This document shows, piece by piece, positions 38,685 to 48,553 of a DNA stretch of 64,000 nt. Each line of letters starts with the position of its first letter. Within the stretch, counting starts at the first letter, position 1. Position numbers and translations under genes: made by a program. The stretch comes from an uncultured Verrucomicrobiota bacterium (GTDB taxonomy: Bacteria > Verrucomicrobiota > Verrucomicrobiia > Limisphaerales > JAYPEY01): assembly GCA_964519245.1 (NCBI GenBank), contig CAZFLK010000008.1, positions 5,854 through 69,853 of the forward strand, given 5' to 3'. Below the pieces are notes generated by a model that was not told the DNA's origin, made no database searches, and saw only the letters and a program-made list of their open reading frames with translations.

Positions 38685-38997
38685 TAAGCATCCTTCAGTT
38701 CAGACACGGGATCTGCCCAGAATCTATGCGCGCATCGCTCAAGACAATCCCACCGCCGCGGATCGCGTTCTGGACGCGATCGAAGCCGCGTTTGAGTTGC
38801 TGAGAATGACGCCCTTTGCCGGACCTGAGTACGACATGGAGAACGATGACTTCAAGGGCGTGCGCATGTATCCGGTTCCACGTTCTCCCAATTATCTCGT
38901 GTTCTACGTCCCCAAGGATGAGGAGATTCGGATCTTGTATGTGATGCATGGCGCCCGGGACATTCCGGCGCGCGTTGCCGAAGACCTGAGGAGTTAG
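38674..38997 (+). CDS. ParE/RelE-family type II toxin (plasmid stabilisation system protein)
   Basis: 107 aa. DLPRIYARIAQDNPTAADRVLDAIEAAFELLRMTPFAGP...VRMYPVPRSPNYLVFYVPKDEEIRILYVMHGARD is a typical ParE pattern. Confidence 0.75.
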   Translation: MKVSKHPSVQTRDLPRIYARIAQDNPTAADRVLDAIEAAFELLRMTPFAGPEYDMENDDFKGVRMYPVPRSPNYLVFYVPKDEEIRILYVMHGARDIPARVAEDLRS

Positions 38998-39013
38998 AGC
39001 CTTCTTTGCCCTC

Positions 39014-42000
39014 ATGCCCTCCGACAACAACATGGTGACGAAGATCACCCGGTTCTCCCTGGACCGGAGGATCACCATGACCATGGTGTTCCTGACGATC
39101 ATTGCCGTCGGCATGATCGCCGCCAAGCGTTTGCCCCTGGAGATGAACCCGCGCGGCCTGGAGGGACATTACATGTCCGTCCACGCCCGCTGGAATGTCG
39201 GCGTGCCGCCGGAGACCATGCAGCGGATCTCGCTGCCGATGGAGGAGGAACTGAGCACGGTGCGCGGCCTGGATCACATCACCACTCACGGCTACAAATG
39301 GGGCGGCCGGATCGAGATGCGCTTCAAGCACGGCACGGATATGGATGTCGCCTATCGGGAGGTGCGTGACCGCGTCGAGCGCGCCCGGACCCGCTTTCCC
39401 GAAGGGACGGAGAAACCGCACATCTACAAGCACCAACCCGGGGCCGAGCCCATCGTCAGCTTCCGCATCGCCTACGATCAGGACTCCGATTACTACGAGC
39501 TGATCCAAAAGCACGTCCTCACGCCGCTGCAACGCATCGACGGCGTGGCGGACATCGACTTCCGCATCTACCAGCGGGAACTCAAGATCGAGGTGGACAA
39601 GGACAAGGCCGAGGCCCACGGCATCAACATCAGGGAACTCGCGAACCGCCTGCGCTCGGACAACTTCACCCTCGCCAGCGGCCACGTCATCGACGGCGGC
39701 CGGAAGTACACGCTGAAGTCCTCCAGCTCCTTCAAGAACATGCACGCGATCAAGGACATCCCGATCAAGCCGGGCATCTTCCTGCGCGACATCGCCACGG
39801 TGTCCTTCGAGCCCGAGGAGGCCGAACAGCTCTATCGCTACAAGGGCATGCCGGCCAACGGCATCAACGTGAAGAAGGAAGGCGAGGCCAACACGGTCGA
39901 GATCAGCAGGAAGGTCATCGACACCATCGAAGAGATCAAGCAGAACCCCGAGTTGAAGGGCTTCGACCTGAGCGTCTACCGCGACGAGGGCAAAGACATC
40001 GTCAAACGGCTCTCGGCGCTGATCGACAACGGCAAGGTCGGGGCGATGCTCGCCGCGATCGTCCTGTTCTTCTTCCTGCGCCAGTTTCGCATGACGATGG
40101 TGATCTCGCTGGCCATTCCGCTCTGCCTGCTCGTCGCGATGACCGTGATGTTCTTTGCGGACAAGACCCTGAACCGCCTCACCATCATGGGGCTGGTGAT
40201 CTGCGTGGGACTGCTGGTCGACAACTCGGTCGTGGTTGCCGAGAACATCCACCGCCACTTTACCAACGGCCTCTCCCGTCGGGACGCCTGCCTCAAGGGC
40301 GTCAGTGAAATCGGGTTCGCCATCACCATCGCGACCTGCACGACGCTGATCGTCTTCAGCTCGGCGCTGCTTTTCGACGGCCGGTTGAAGTTCATGATCA
40401 AGAACATGTCGCTGCCGGTGATCACCGCCATCGCCGCCTCGCTGGTCACGGCGCTGTTGTTCATTCCGCTGTGCGTCTACCTGACGCTTTCGGACAAGAA
40501 GCGGGACAAGCCGCGACGCACGCCTTCCTGGCTGTTGGGCGTCGTCTTCAAGTGGATCTACGACAAGACCTTCGAGCGGTTCAACCGGCTCTACAACCAG
40601 GGCCTGAGGTTCTTCCTGCGCCACCGACTCGACATGTCCGTGGTCCTGATCGGTTTGCTTGCCTTCACCTGGACAATGTCCAAGGGGCTCAATCGCGACC
40701 GCAAGGAGCCGGAGTTGCTCCGCTATTTCAGCTTCAACATCCAGTTCCCGGAAAAGTATTCGATGGAAGACCGGCTCAACTACATGAAGAAGGTCGAGCG
40801 GCAGGTCGAGAAGTTCAACGACGTCTATGACCTTGAGGCCTACGAGGTCTTCTATGCCAAGTGGTATGGGCGCTTCGCCGGGTTCCTCGCCGTCGATCGC
40901 GAGGGCGAGTTGTCGCGGGAGGAGGCGGTCGACCGGCTTTTTGAGGATTTCCCGGAGGAGCCCGGCGTGATCGTCAAATACCGCGGCAAAGAGGGCGCGC
41001 ATCGCAAGGACGACCACCGCTTCATGCATCACATCCGACTCGTGGGCGACGACCCGGATCTGCTCAAACAAGTGGCCGAGGAGCTCAAACCCACCTTCGA
41101 GATCATCCCGGGAGTGGAATCCTTCATGGACAGCGCCGACAAGGCCGAGGCGCCCAGCGAGGTGGCGTTGACGATCGATCGCGAGAAGGCGGATTCCCTC
41201 GGCGTGAATCCGCAGCAACTGGCCGGGACCATCGGGGCGGCCGTGCGCGGCGAGCATCTGCCGCGCTTCAACAACAAGGGGCGGCAGGTTCCCATGCGGT
41301 TGTTGTTCGAGGAGGATGACCGTTCGGAGATCGCGGACATCTACAACTTTCAGATACCCGCCGCGGAAGGCCGGGTCAGCACGGTGGGCGCGGTCACGCA
41401 CACGCGCTACCTGAAGAACGAGGACAACGCGATCCGCCGCGAGAACAAGCGCGTGCAGCAATGGTTCGGCATGAAGCTCACTCCGGGGCCGGAGACCTGG
41501 AAGACCAAGGGCATGATCGAGCAGACCAAACGGGCCATCGATCTGCCGGAAGGCGTCTCCTTCGACGAACCGCAGAAGGAATTCAAGGACGACGACCGCA
41601 AGAAGGGCTGGCACATGATCCTGCTGGCGATCCTCTTCGTCTATATGTTGATGGCCTTCTTCTTCGAGAGCACATTGATTCCACTGTCGATCATCCTGAC
41701 CATTCCGCTGGCCTCCCTGGGCGCGGTCGCCGTGCTGAAGTTCACCGACACCTTCATCGACCAGATGGTCTACACCGCGGCGTTGCTGTTGATCGGAATC
41801 GTGGTCAACAACGGCATCGTGCTCGTCGACTACGCCAACCGGCTCCGCAGCGGCGGCATGGAACGCGGCGAAGCGCTGTTGACTGCGGCGCGGCATCGCT
41901 TCCGTCCGATTATCATGACCGCGCTGACCACCATCTGCGGCATGATTCCGCTGACGTTCGGATCCGCCGAGAACATGGGAGTCAGCTTCAAGAGCTTCGG

Positions 42001-42160
42001 CATGGTGCTGATCGGCGGGATGACCTCGGCCACCCTGTTCACGCTGCTCGCGGTCCCGGTCTTTTACACCCTGATCGAGGACGCCAAGAACGGCTTCACC
42101 AACATCCTGGCCAGCGTGTTCGACCGGTCGGGCAAGGCCGGGAACCAGGGCGCGCCCTGA
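39014..42160 (+). CDS. RND efflux transporter permease (AcrB/MdtC-like)
   Basis: 1048 aa of AcrB-family sequence (ITRFSLDRRITMTMVFLTIIAVGMIAAKRLPLEMNP, GLLVDNSVVVAENI, VVNNGIVLVDYANRL). Confidence 0.9.
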   Translation: MPSDNNMVTKITRFSLDRRITMTMVFLTIIAVGMIAAKRLPLEMNPRGLEGHYMSVHARWNVGVPPETMQRISLPMEEELSTVRGLDHITTHGYKWGGRIEMRFKHGTDMDVAYREVRDRVERARTRFPEGTEKPHIYKHQPGAEPIVSFRIAYDQDSDYYELIQKHVLTPLQRIDGVADIDFRIYQRELKIEVDKDKAEAHGINIRELANRLRSDNFTLASGHVIDGGRKYTLKSSSSFKNMHAIKDIPIKPGIFLRDIATVSFEPEEAEQLYRYKGMPANGINVKKEGEANTVEISRKVIDTIEEIKQNPELKGFDLSVYRDEGKDIVKRLSALIDNGKVGAMLAAIVLFFFLRQFRMTMVISLAIPLCLLVAMTVMFFADKTLNRLTIMGLVICVGLLVDNSVVVAENIHRHFTNGLSRRDACLKGVSEIGFAITIATCTTLIVFSSALLFDGRLKFMIKNMSLPVITAIAASLVTALLFIPLCVYLTLSDKKRDKPRRTPSWLLGVVFKWIYDKTFERFNRLYNQGLRFFLRHRLDMSVVLIGLLAFTWTMSKGLNRDRKEPELLRYFSFNIQFPEKYSMEDRLNYMKKVERQVEKFNDVYDLEAYEVFYAKWYGRFAGFLAVDREGELSREEAVDRLFEDFPEEPGVIVKYRGKEGAHRKDDHRFMHHIRLVGDDPDLLKQVAEELKPTFEIIPGVESFMDSADKAEAPSEVALTIDREKADSLGVNPQQLAGTIGAAVRGEHLPRFNNKGRQVPMRLLFEEDDRSEIADIYNFQIPAAEGRVSTVGAVTHTRYLKNEDNAIRRENKRVQQWFGMKLTPGPETWKTKGMIEQTKRAIDLPEGVSFDEPQKEFKDDDRKKGWHMILLAILFVYMLMAFFFESTLIPLSIILTIPLASLGAVAVLKFTDTFIDQMVYTAALLLIGIVVNNGIVLVDYANRLRSGGMERGEALLTAARHRFRPIIMTALTTICGMIPLTFGSAENMGVSFKSFGMVLIGGMTSATLFTLLAVPVFYTLIEDAKNGFTNILASVFDRSGKAGNQGAP

Positions 42161-42241
42161 ATAGACGCGGATTGATGCGGCGTCCGAGATGGGTGTATTG
42201 ATTGGCCCAGGCGGCGCGTCCGCCGCGCCCGTTTTCATCTT

Positions 42242-43552
42242 ATGCCTGTCGCTGCCCCAACTCAGTTCGCGTTCGACCGTCGCCGTTTTCTGCGAGCAGC
42301 CGGGGTGACGTTGGCAATGCCTTTGTTCGATTCGGCGGCGTTGCTGCGAGGGCAGTCTGCTCCCCGGGCCGAACCTGGATTCAATCCGGACGGCGTTCCC
42401 CGGCGGATGGTCTGCATCTGCAACAACATGGGGTTCTATCCGCCGAACCTGATTCCGGAGAAGGCGGACCGCGACTACGAGGCCACGCGTTACCTGAAAA
42501 CGCTGGCTTCATTGCGCAATGATTTCACCTTCCTGTCCGGTGTGTCGCACCCCGAGGTCGATGGCGGTCACGCGTCGGAAAAATGCTTCCTGACGACCGC
42601 GCCGCATCCGGGAGGCAACAGTTTTCGCAACACGGTTTCGCTGGATCAGTTTGCCGCGCCTTATGTGGGACGCGAAACGCGTTTCCCCTCGTTGGTCCTG
42701 ACCGCGAATGGTGAGCAGTCGTTGTCCTGGACCCAGGCGGGTGTGCCGATTCCGGGTTACGCCCGCCCTTCCCAGGTGTTTCGGCGTTTGTTTTTTCGCG
42801 GCACGGCGGCGGAAATGAAGGCGCGGGAGCTGGAACTACGCCAGGGCCGGAGCATCATGGATGCCGCCCTGAGCCAAGCAAGGACGCTTCGCCGCGAGCT
42901 CAATGCGGCCGATCGCGACAAGTTGGATGAGTATCTCACTTCGGTGCGGGAGGTCGAACGCCAGATGCTGCGACAGCAGGAGTGGGACAGCAAACCCAGA
43001 CCCAAGGTGACGGCGAAGCCGCCGGTGGATATCGAAGGCGAAGCCGATGTCACGGGGCGGACGCGTTTGATGTACGAGCTGACCCGACTCGCCTTGGCAA
43101 CGGATTCCACCCGCCTGGTCACCATCTTCGTGGAGGGCTTCTTCGTCGTGCCGCCAATCAAGGGCGTGGATCAGGGCTATCATACGGTCGCACACCACAG
43201 CCAGGATCCGGCCAAGATCGCTCAGTTGGGGATCATCGAAGAGGAACAGTTCCGTATCTTTCGCGATTTTCTGGTGCGCTTGAAAGCTGTGAAGGAGGAA
43301 GGCGAGACGCTGTTGGATCGGACGATGGTCCTGTACGGGTCCAACATCGGCAACGGCAGCAGTCACGACACCCGCAATGTCCCCGCGCTATTGGCCGGCG
43401 GCGGCTTCCGGCACGGGCGACACCTGGCCTTCGATCGGGATCAGAATCAACCCCTCGGCAACCTGTTCGTCTCGATGCTGCAACGTCTGGGAATCGAAAC
43501 GGATCGCTTCGGGTCGGGGCGGGGGACAATGCGCGGTTTGGAAATGACGTAA
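42242..43552 (+). CDS. DUF1552 domain-containing protein (no adjacent DUF1592-family partner)
   Basis: RRRFLRAAGVTLAMPLFDS, LSGVSHPEVDGGHASE, YHTVAHHSQDPAKIAQL, LLAGGGFRHGRH. Paralog of 15614-16849. Confidence 0.85.
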   Translation: MPVAAPTQFAFDRRRFLRAAGVTLAMPLFDSAALLRGQSAPRAEPGFNPDGVPRRMVCICNNMGFYPPNLIPEKADRDYEATRYLKTLASLRNDFTFLSGVSHPEVDGGHASEKCFLTTAPHPGGNSFRNTVSLDQFAAPYVGRETRFPSLVLTANGEQSLSWTQAGVPIPGYARPSQVFRRLFFRGTAAEMKARELELRQGRSIMDAALSQARTLRRELNAADRDKLDEYLTSVREVERQMLRQQEWDSKPRPKVTAKPPVDIEGEADVTGRTRLMYELTRLALATDSTRLVTIFVEGFFVVPPIKGVDQGYHTVAHHSQDPAKIAQLGIIEEEQFRIFRDFLVRLKAVKEEGETLLDRTMVLYGSNIGNGSSHDTRNVPALLAGGGFRHGRHLAFDRDQNQPLGNLFVSMLQRLGIETDRFGSGRGTMRGLEMT

Positions 43553-43572
43553 CGAGGGGCTCCGCCTCCGAA

Positions 43573-45315
43573 TCACTTTACCCGGACGCGAACCGACTCC
43601 AGCAGGAGGCCCTCGACATCCTTGGCCCGGGAGGTTGACCGAAGTCTCAGGTAGCAGAATCCGTAGCGATGCTGCCTAGATACGCCGAACTGCTTGATCA
43701 CCTTTCCATCCAGCAAGGCCCGGCAATTGCCTATGTCATTCCAGCGCAGTTCCAGCTCATGCCAGCGGTCGGGTTGAAGCCGGTGGCTGGAGGCAAGGCG
43801 GCCGCTGGGCGAAATCAACAAACGCATGGGCGCCTCCTCCTCGCCGGCGTCGTCGCAGGGTTCGTAAAATCGATCCGTAACGCTGATCTGCGCGCCGCCG
43901 AACCGGGGGCCGATGCGCAACCCGAGAACGAGCTTTCCTTCCCGCCCCGCCGGAAAATTCCAGACTGCGCCGTCACCGGGCAGTTCATCCGGCTTTCGAA
44001 TCTGCAGCGCCATTTGGCCCGACTTGTCGGGATGGTCGACCAGCCGCGCGCCCGGTTGGCGGTCCCGCCACCAACGCGCGACCGGTCCGAGGCCCTTGAA
44101 AACATGCCAGGCCTCGAGATTCTCGAAGTTTTCGGCCTGCGTCCGCTCCTCCAGCCAATCGGGATCGATCAGCCATCGTCTCCGCCGTTCCGCGCCTTGT
44201 CCCGCCACCAGGAGGATCCTGCCGTCCCGGGTTGCCGTGGCGTGCGGGTAGGCCGTGCCGCGGTCGCCGGACCGGGGCGGTGTTTCGTTGCGCCAAGGGT
44301 CCCGGTAGACCTCGCGAAATCCCCGCCAACTGCGACCCTCGTCCGAGGAGATCGCCGCGTGCAAGGCGTCGCGACCGCCGTAGACTCCGGCTCCCCCGAC
44401 CCGTGGCGGCATGACACAGTTGTTCCAGAAAAGCGCGATGCGATCGTCCGGCAAGCGCGTCAGAAAGGCCGGGGAATTGGATGAGGGAAAGCGGGTCGGG
44501 GTCGCGTCGAACCATTCGGCCCCATCGGGCGAAAAGGATTCATAGAGCGCGCCGGTTTGCGATCGGATCAACATCCAGGTCCGGCCGTCCTTGAGTTGGA
44601 CGAGGCAGGGTTCGCAGGCCCCGTAGTTGGAGCCGTTGTAGCCTTCGACGCACGGCGCCGTCAGGGCCGCCTCAGATGGTTTCCAGGTCCGGCCGTCGTC
44701 GTCCGAGTAGACCGCAGTGCAGACATTGGGCCCGGACGGCGGACCGGTGGGAACGTTTGGTCGCCAGTGGGCGAAGGGCGCGATGATCCTTCCTTCCGCC
44801 AACTGATACAAACCCTGGATCGAGCCGCAGTAGCCCTCGTAGATGCGCTGCGGCTTTGACCAAGTCTTGCGCCCGAAGGTCGAGCGCAGGTGATGGAGAT
44901 CAATGAACCGGTCAACATTGGGGGCGCGTCCCTCGCCGCGGGCTTTGGGAATGACGAGATGAATCTCCTGGTTGCGGTCCAACAACGGAACGGGTCCGCC
45001 CCAACCCCCCGGCTCCAGCCGGGTCAGCAGCTCCGGAGGACTCCAGGTCCGACCATCGTCCTTGGACCGGATTGCGAAGATGCCGACGCCTCCGTCGTGT
45101 CCCCGGCGTTGAAAGGACAACACTGTTCCATCCTTCAAGGTGACGGCAGCCGCAGCTGGAGCCCGGCCTGAGGATGCGGACCCGCCCGGTCCGAGATCAA
45201 TCGGAGCGTGAGGCGCCGCGCCGCCCGGCGATGCCAGCCGGGTCAACGCCAAACCGACAACCAGGATCGTTCGCAATGATCCCACGCCGAACTGTCCCCG
45301 CCCATTCAGTTGCAT
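43573..45315 (-). CDS. BNR/Asp-box repeat glycoside hydrolase (sialidase-like, GH33-type) with a C-terminal lectin-like domain
   Basis: Asp-boxes SKDDGRTWS, SDDDGRTWK and SSDEGRSWR. Signal-like N-terminus from the ATG at 45315 (MQLNGRGQFGVGSLRTILVVGLALTRLA). Confidence 0.7.
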   Translation of the reverse strand: MQLNGRGQFGVGSLRTILVVGLALTRLASPGGAAPHAPIDLGPGGSASSGRAPAAAAVTLKDGTVLSFQRRGHDGGVGIFAIRSKDDGRTWSPPELLTRLEPGGWGGPVPLLDRNQEIHLVIPKARGEGRAPNVDRFIDLHHLRSTFGRKTWSKPQRIYEGYCGSIQGLYQLAEGRIIAPFAHWRPNVPTGPPSGPNVCTAVYSDDDGRTWKPSEAALTAPCVEGYNGSNYGACEPCLVQLKDGRTWMLIRSQTGALYESFSPDGAEWFDATPTRFPSSNSPAFLTRLPDDRIALFWNNCVMPPRVGGAGVYGGRDALHAAISSDEGRSWRGFREVYRDPWRNETPPRSGDRGTAYPHATATRDGRILLVAGQGAERRRRWLIDPDWLEERTQAENFENLEAWHVFKGLGPVARWWRDRQPGARLVDHPDKSGQMALQIRKPDELPGDGAVWNFPAGREGKLVLGLRIGPRFGGAQISVTDRFYEPCDDAGEEEAPMRLLISPSGRLASSHRLQPDRWHELELRWNDIGNCRALLDGKVIKQFGVSRQHRYGFCYLRLRSTSRAKDVEGLLLESVRVRVK

Positions 45316-45406
45316 GTCTTGCTTCACCGCCCACACAGCTTGCCTGATTCACGAACGCATTCCAACGCGCTTGTGGCGCCTGAGGGTTGCGGCTAGCCTG
45401 CGGCGC

Positions 45407-46747
45407 ATGCCGGCTGAGGACAGCGTCAATCGAGAGGAGCCCAGCAGACGAAAGCTGATTGGAGGCTGCTGCCTGATTCTATCCGCGATGAGTCTGGCCT
45501 ACTCATCCGGCCTGGTTCCGACCTTCGAGTGGCTGCGCAGCAACGCCACGGCGCGAATCGTCGGGTTCCTCTTGCACGCCGGCTTCTTGACGATCGGGGC
45601 GGCGATGTTCCTGCCCCGGCGGCCTTCCGCGTTCGCGAAAGCGGGCTTGTCGGTCGCCGCGACACTGACAGCCATTGCGCTGAACGTGGCGATCGTCCAG
45701 ATCTTCGTTGAGATGACGCCGATCACGGTCGGTTGGCGTTCGCGGGCGCCGCTCCGCGAGCTGAACGAGTTCGGCTTCCGGGGTCGCAGTGTGGTCGGCG
45801 ATCCGCAGAAGCCGGTTGTTGTCCTGCTGGGTGATTCGCAGGTCGAGGCGATGGCGGGCACGATGGAGCAGATGCCCGAGGCGCGCCTGGAGCGGCATCT
45901 CGCCGGTCAGGGCATCGACGCGCGGGTCTGTTCCCTGGGGACGGCGGGCTACGGCCAGGACCAGCAGTACTTTGCCCTGCGGGAATACCTCGAGAATCAT
46001 TCGGCCGACCTGATCGCGCTCTGGTATACGCCGGGGAACGACATCTGGAACAACCTCTTCCCCACCTACATGCCGGCGAACGGCGCGGTGAAGCCGACCT
46101 TTCGCCTGATCGACGACGAGTTGAAGCCGCCGTTTCTCGAGTGGGGCTCCCGGAATTTCAGCTCGCCGATCAAGGCGATTGCGTTGTTGCAACGATCGCG
46201 CTCGCGTTCCCTGTTCGAGAAGCGGGACGAGCTATGGGAGACCTTCCTGCCTCCGCCCAATGGCCCGCTGAAGAATTGGACGGGTCCCGTGGACGACGCC
46301 TGGGAGGACGTGCCGGATTACCTGTCGCTGATCCTGGAGAACCTGGAAACCGAGAAGAGCCATTTCTCCATCTGGTTGACCCCGCCCAGCCCGAGGGTGA
46401 AGCACGGAATCCGGCTGACCCGGCGCATCCTGATGGAGATCCGCTCCCTGGCGGAATCCCATGACGCGCGACTGGTCGTGTTCCATGCCGGCCAACCGCT
46501 GCGCACCGACGGGACCGAACGCGTCTTCAGCCTCTCAGGCAAGCAATACCGCGCCGCCGAATCGCAGATTGAGAGGACTGTCGATCAGCTTGCGGAAGGC
46601 TTCGATTGGATCCGTCTGCCCGTGCGCCTGGAGGACTGGCGCGTCAGCGAGGTTGACAGTCATTTGAACGCCGCGGCCAACGACGACACGATGCGCCGGC
46701 TGGCCGTCGAGCTGCGATCCCGGATCGGCGCGCCTGCGGGTGATTGA
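45407..46747 (+). CDS. membrane-anchored SGNH/GDSL-like hydrolase family protein (tentative)
   Basis: The ATG at 45407 is followed by 3-4 hydrophobic segments. Then VVVLLGDSQVEAM (block I GDS), LGTAGYGQDQ (block II), LWYTPGNDIWNN (block III GxND), EVDSHLN (block V-like). Confidence 0.45.
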   Translation: MPAEDSVNREEPSRRKLIGGCCLILSAMSLAYSSGLVPTFEWLRSNATARIVGFLLHAGFLTIGAAMFLPRRPSAFAKAGLSVAATLTAIALNVAIVQIFVEMTPITVGWRSRAPLRELNEFGFRGRSVVGDPQKPVVVLLGDSQVEAMAGTMEQMPEARLERHLAGQGIDARVCSLGTAGYGQDQQYFALREYLENHSADLIALWYTPGNDIWNNLFPTYMPANGAVKPTFRLIDDELKPPFLEWGSRNFSSPIKAIALLQRSRSRSLFEKRDELWETFLPPPNGPLKNWTGPVDDAWEDVPDYLSLILENLETEKSHFSIWLTPPSPRVKHGIRLTRRILMEIRSLAESHDARLVVFHAGQPLRTDGTERVFSLSGKQYRAAESQIERTVDQLAEGFDWIRLPVRLEDWRVSEVDSHLNAAANDDTMRRLAVELRSRIGAPAGD

Positions 46748-46750
46748 GAT

Positions 46751-47545
46751 TCACCAGGCGGTCCAGCCGCCGTCGACGACGAGGTTCTGTCCGGTGGTGT
46801 AGCTGCCCGCGTCGCTGGCCAAGTAGAGCAGCGCTCCCTTCAGTTCGTCCGGGGTTCCCATGCGTCCCATGGGCGATTTCTTCTTCAATCGTTCGACCAT
46901 CCGGGCCGGGGCCTTCTGGGAAGGAAACGGCCCGGGGCTGAGGCAATTCACGCGCACGTTGTCCCGGGCCCAATAGACGGCAAGGTGCCGGGTCTGATGG
47001 ATGATCCCGCCCTTGAGAGTGTGATAGGAAACCGGGCTCGCCGGACAGATGTCCTCATAGGCGTCCGGGTAGGAGCCGACGACCCCATACATCGATCCGA
47101 TCATCACCACACTGCCTGACGCGCCGCGCGCCACAACATGGTCCCGCAGTCGTCTTGCCAACAGGAAGTAGCCGGTTGCGTTGGCGAGAACCTGGTTGAA
47201 CTCCGCTTCATTCACATCGGTCAGATCGTGCGCGTCGCCGGCGTGGCCGTTGTTCACCAGGATGTCGATCTGTCCGGCGGCGGCCACGGCCGCATCGAAG
47301 CCGGCGTTCAGGGAAACGTCGTCCGTTTGGTCCAGTTGCACGGCGAAGTGGCAATTGCCGCGGGCCGTGGCGAGGCGATCAGCGGAGGCCTGGGCGCGAT
47401 CGAGCTCACGGCTGGCGCAAACCACATTGGCTCCGGCTTCGGCGAGGGCGTCCGCGAAGGCCGAACCAAGGTGGCCCGAGGCGCCCGTGAGCAGGGCAGC
47501 GCGGCCGGCAAGGTCAAAGAGCGTTGGCAGGCTGGATGTTTTCAT
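46751..47545 (-). CDS. SDR-family oxidoreductase (short-chain dehydrogenase)
   Basis: LLTGASGHLGSAFADALAEAGANVV (TGxxxGxG), NNGH, the YxxxK triad in YHTLKGG, NCLSPGPF. Confidence 0.85.
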   Translation of the reverse strand: MKTSSLPTLFDLAGRAALLTGASGHLGSAFADALAEAGANVVCASRELDRAQASADRLATARGNCHFAVQLDQTDDVSLNAGFDAAVAAAGQIDILVNNGHAGDAHDLTDVNEAEFNQVLANATGYFLLARRLRDHVVARGASGSVVMIGSMYGVVGSYPDAYEDICPASPVSYHTLKGGIIHQTRHLAVYWARDNVRVNCLSPGPFPSQKAPARMVERLKKKSPMGRMGTPDELKGALLYLASDAGSYTTGQNLVVDGGWTAW

Positions 47546-47551
47546 GTCGGT

Positions 47552-48553
47552 CTATGCAATTGTTTCCCAGCCGCGCGAATCCACAGATTTCAGGGTCGCC
47601 AGATTCACCTTCAGGGTCTGGATTCCCTCGGCGAGGGAACAGACCGGTTCGCCCTCGCCTCCAATCTGATTCAGGAACGAATGGGCCTGATTGATGTAAT
47701 AATCGTCGCGCTCGGCTTGGTAGGTCTTTTCGACTGTCCAATTTGCTCCGGGTTCGCTGCAGGACAGCCAACGGTTGGCGGCGGTCTCCCAGCGCGCTGC
47801 GCCGCGCTGGCAGATGACTGTGAATGTCGTTTCATTTGGGGGTTGATGCTGGTTGACGCTGAAGGAACCCAGGACGTCGCCATGGCGTGTCAGGATGTTC
47901 ACGGTGTCCTCCACGTCCACGCCTGCCAAGGCCAGATGCGCTGCGTCGGCGACCAGGCGATCAACCGGGCCGACCAGCCACTCGGCCGCGTTGAGATGAT
48001 GGGTGACGCAATCCTGGATGGCGCCGCCGCCGCGCGCGCGGTCGGCGTAGTAGATCGCTTGATAGGCGGGGCGATAAAGCGGGAAATGCTGACCGCTCAC
48101 CACGGTCAGCTGCAACGGCTTGCCAAAGCGCTCCGACAAGATCGCCGCCCTCAGGTCGCGGAGCGGCGGCATGCTGCGGAGCGTGTAACCGATGGCCACC
48201 TGGATGCCCTTCGCCGTCACGAGGGCATTGAATTGTTCGACCCCCTCGATCCCCACGCTGAGCGGTTTCTCGATCAACAAGTGCAGGCCGCGCCCGGCCA
48301 GGCTCATGGCGATCGGAATGTGGGTGTTGGCGGGAGTGGCGATGACGGCCGCATCCCAGCGCGGCAAGTCCAACGCCTCCTCCAGGGATGCGTGGCCAAC
48401 GACCCCATACAGCCCCGCGACCTGGGTCCGTCGCTTGTCCATGGTCTCGCAGAACGCGACGTCGCAGCGTCCCGTCGCCTGGAAGCACCGCAGATGCCGC
48501 TCGCCGATCGAGCCGACGCCGATGACGAGGATGCGGAGATTGTTCGAGCTCAT
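47552..48553 (-). CDS. Gfo/Idh/MocA-family NAD(P)-dependent oxidoreductase
   Basis: LRILVIGVGSIGERHLRCF (Rossmann), LLIEKPLS. 333 aa. 6-nt gap to the downstream SDR gene. Confidence 0.85.
   Translation of the reverse strand: MSSNNLRILVIGVGSIGERHLRCFQATGRCDVAFCETMDKRRTQVAGLYGVVGHASLEEALDLPRWDAAVIATPANTHIPIAMSLAGRGLHLLIEKPLSVGIEGVEQFNALVTAKGIQVAIGYTLRSMPPLRDLRAAILSERFGKPLQLTVVSGQHFPLYRPAYQAIYYADRARGGGAIQDCVTHHLNAAEWLVGPVDRLVADAAHLALAGVDVEDTVNILTRHGDVLGSFSVNQHQPPNETTFTVICQRGAARWETAANRWLSCSEPGANWTVEKTYQAERDDYYINQAHSFLNQIGGEGEPVCSLAEGIQTLKVNLATLKSVDSRGWETIA

Noticed and set aside
38852-42238. 1128-aa ORF on the minus strand
   Set aside because: It lies entirely antisense to the clearly recognisable RND-2 gene. 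Its composition is dominated by R/G/D/H/V low-complexity runs typical of shadow ORFs in GC-rich DNA. No family features.
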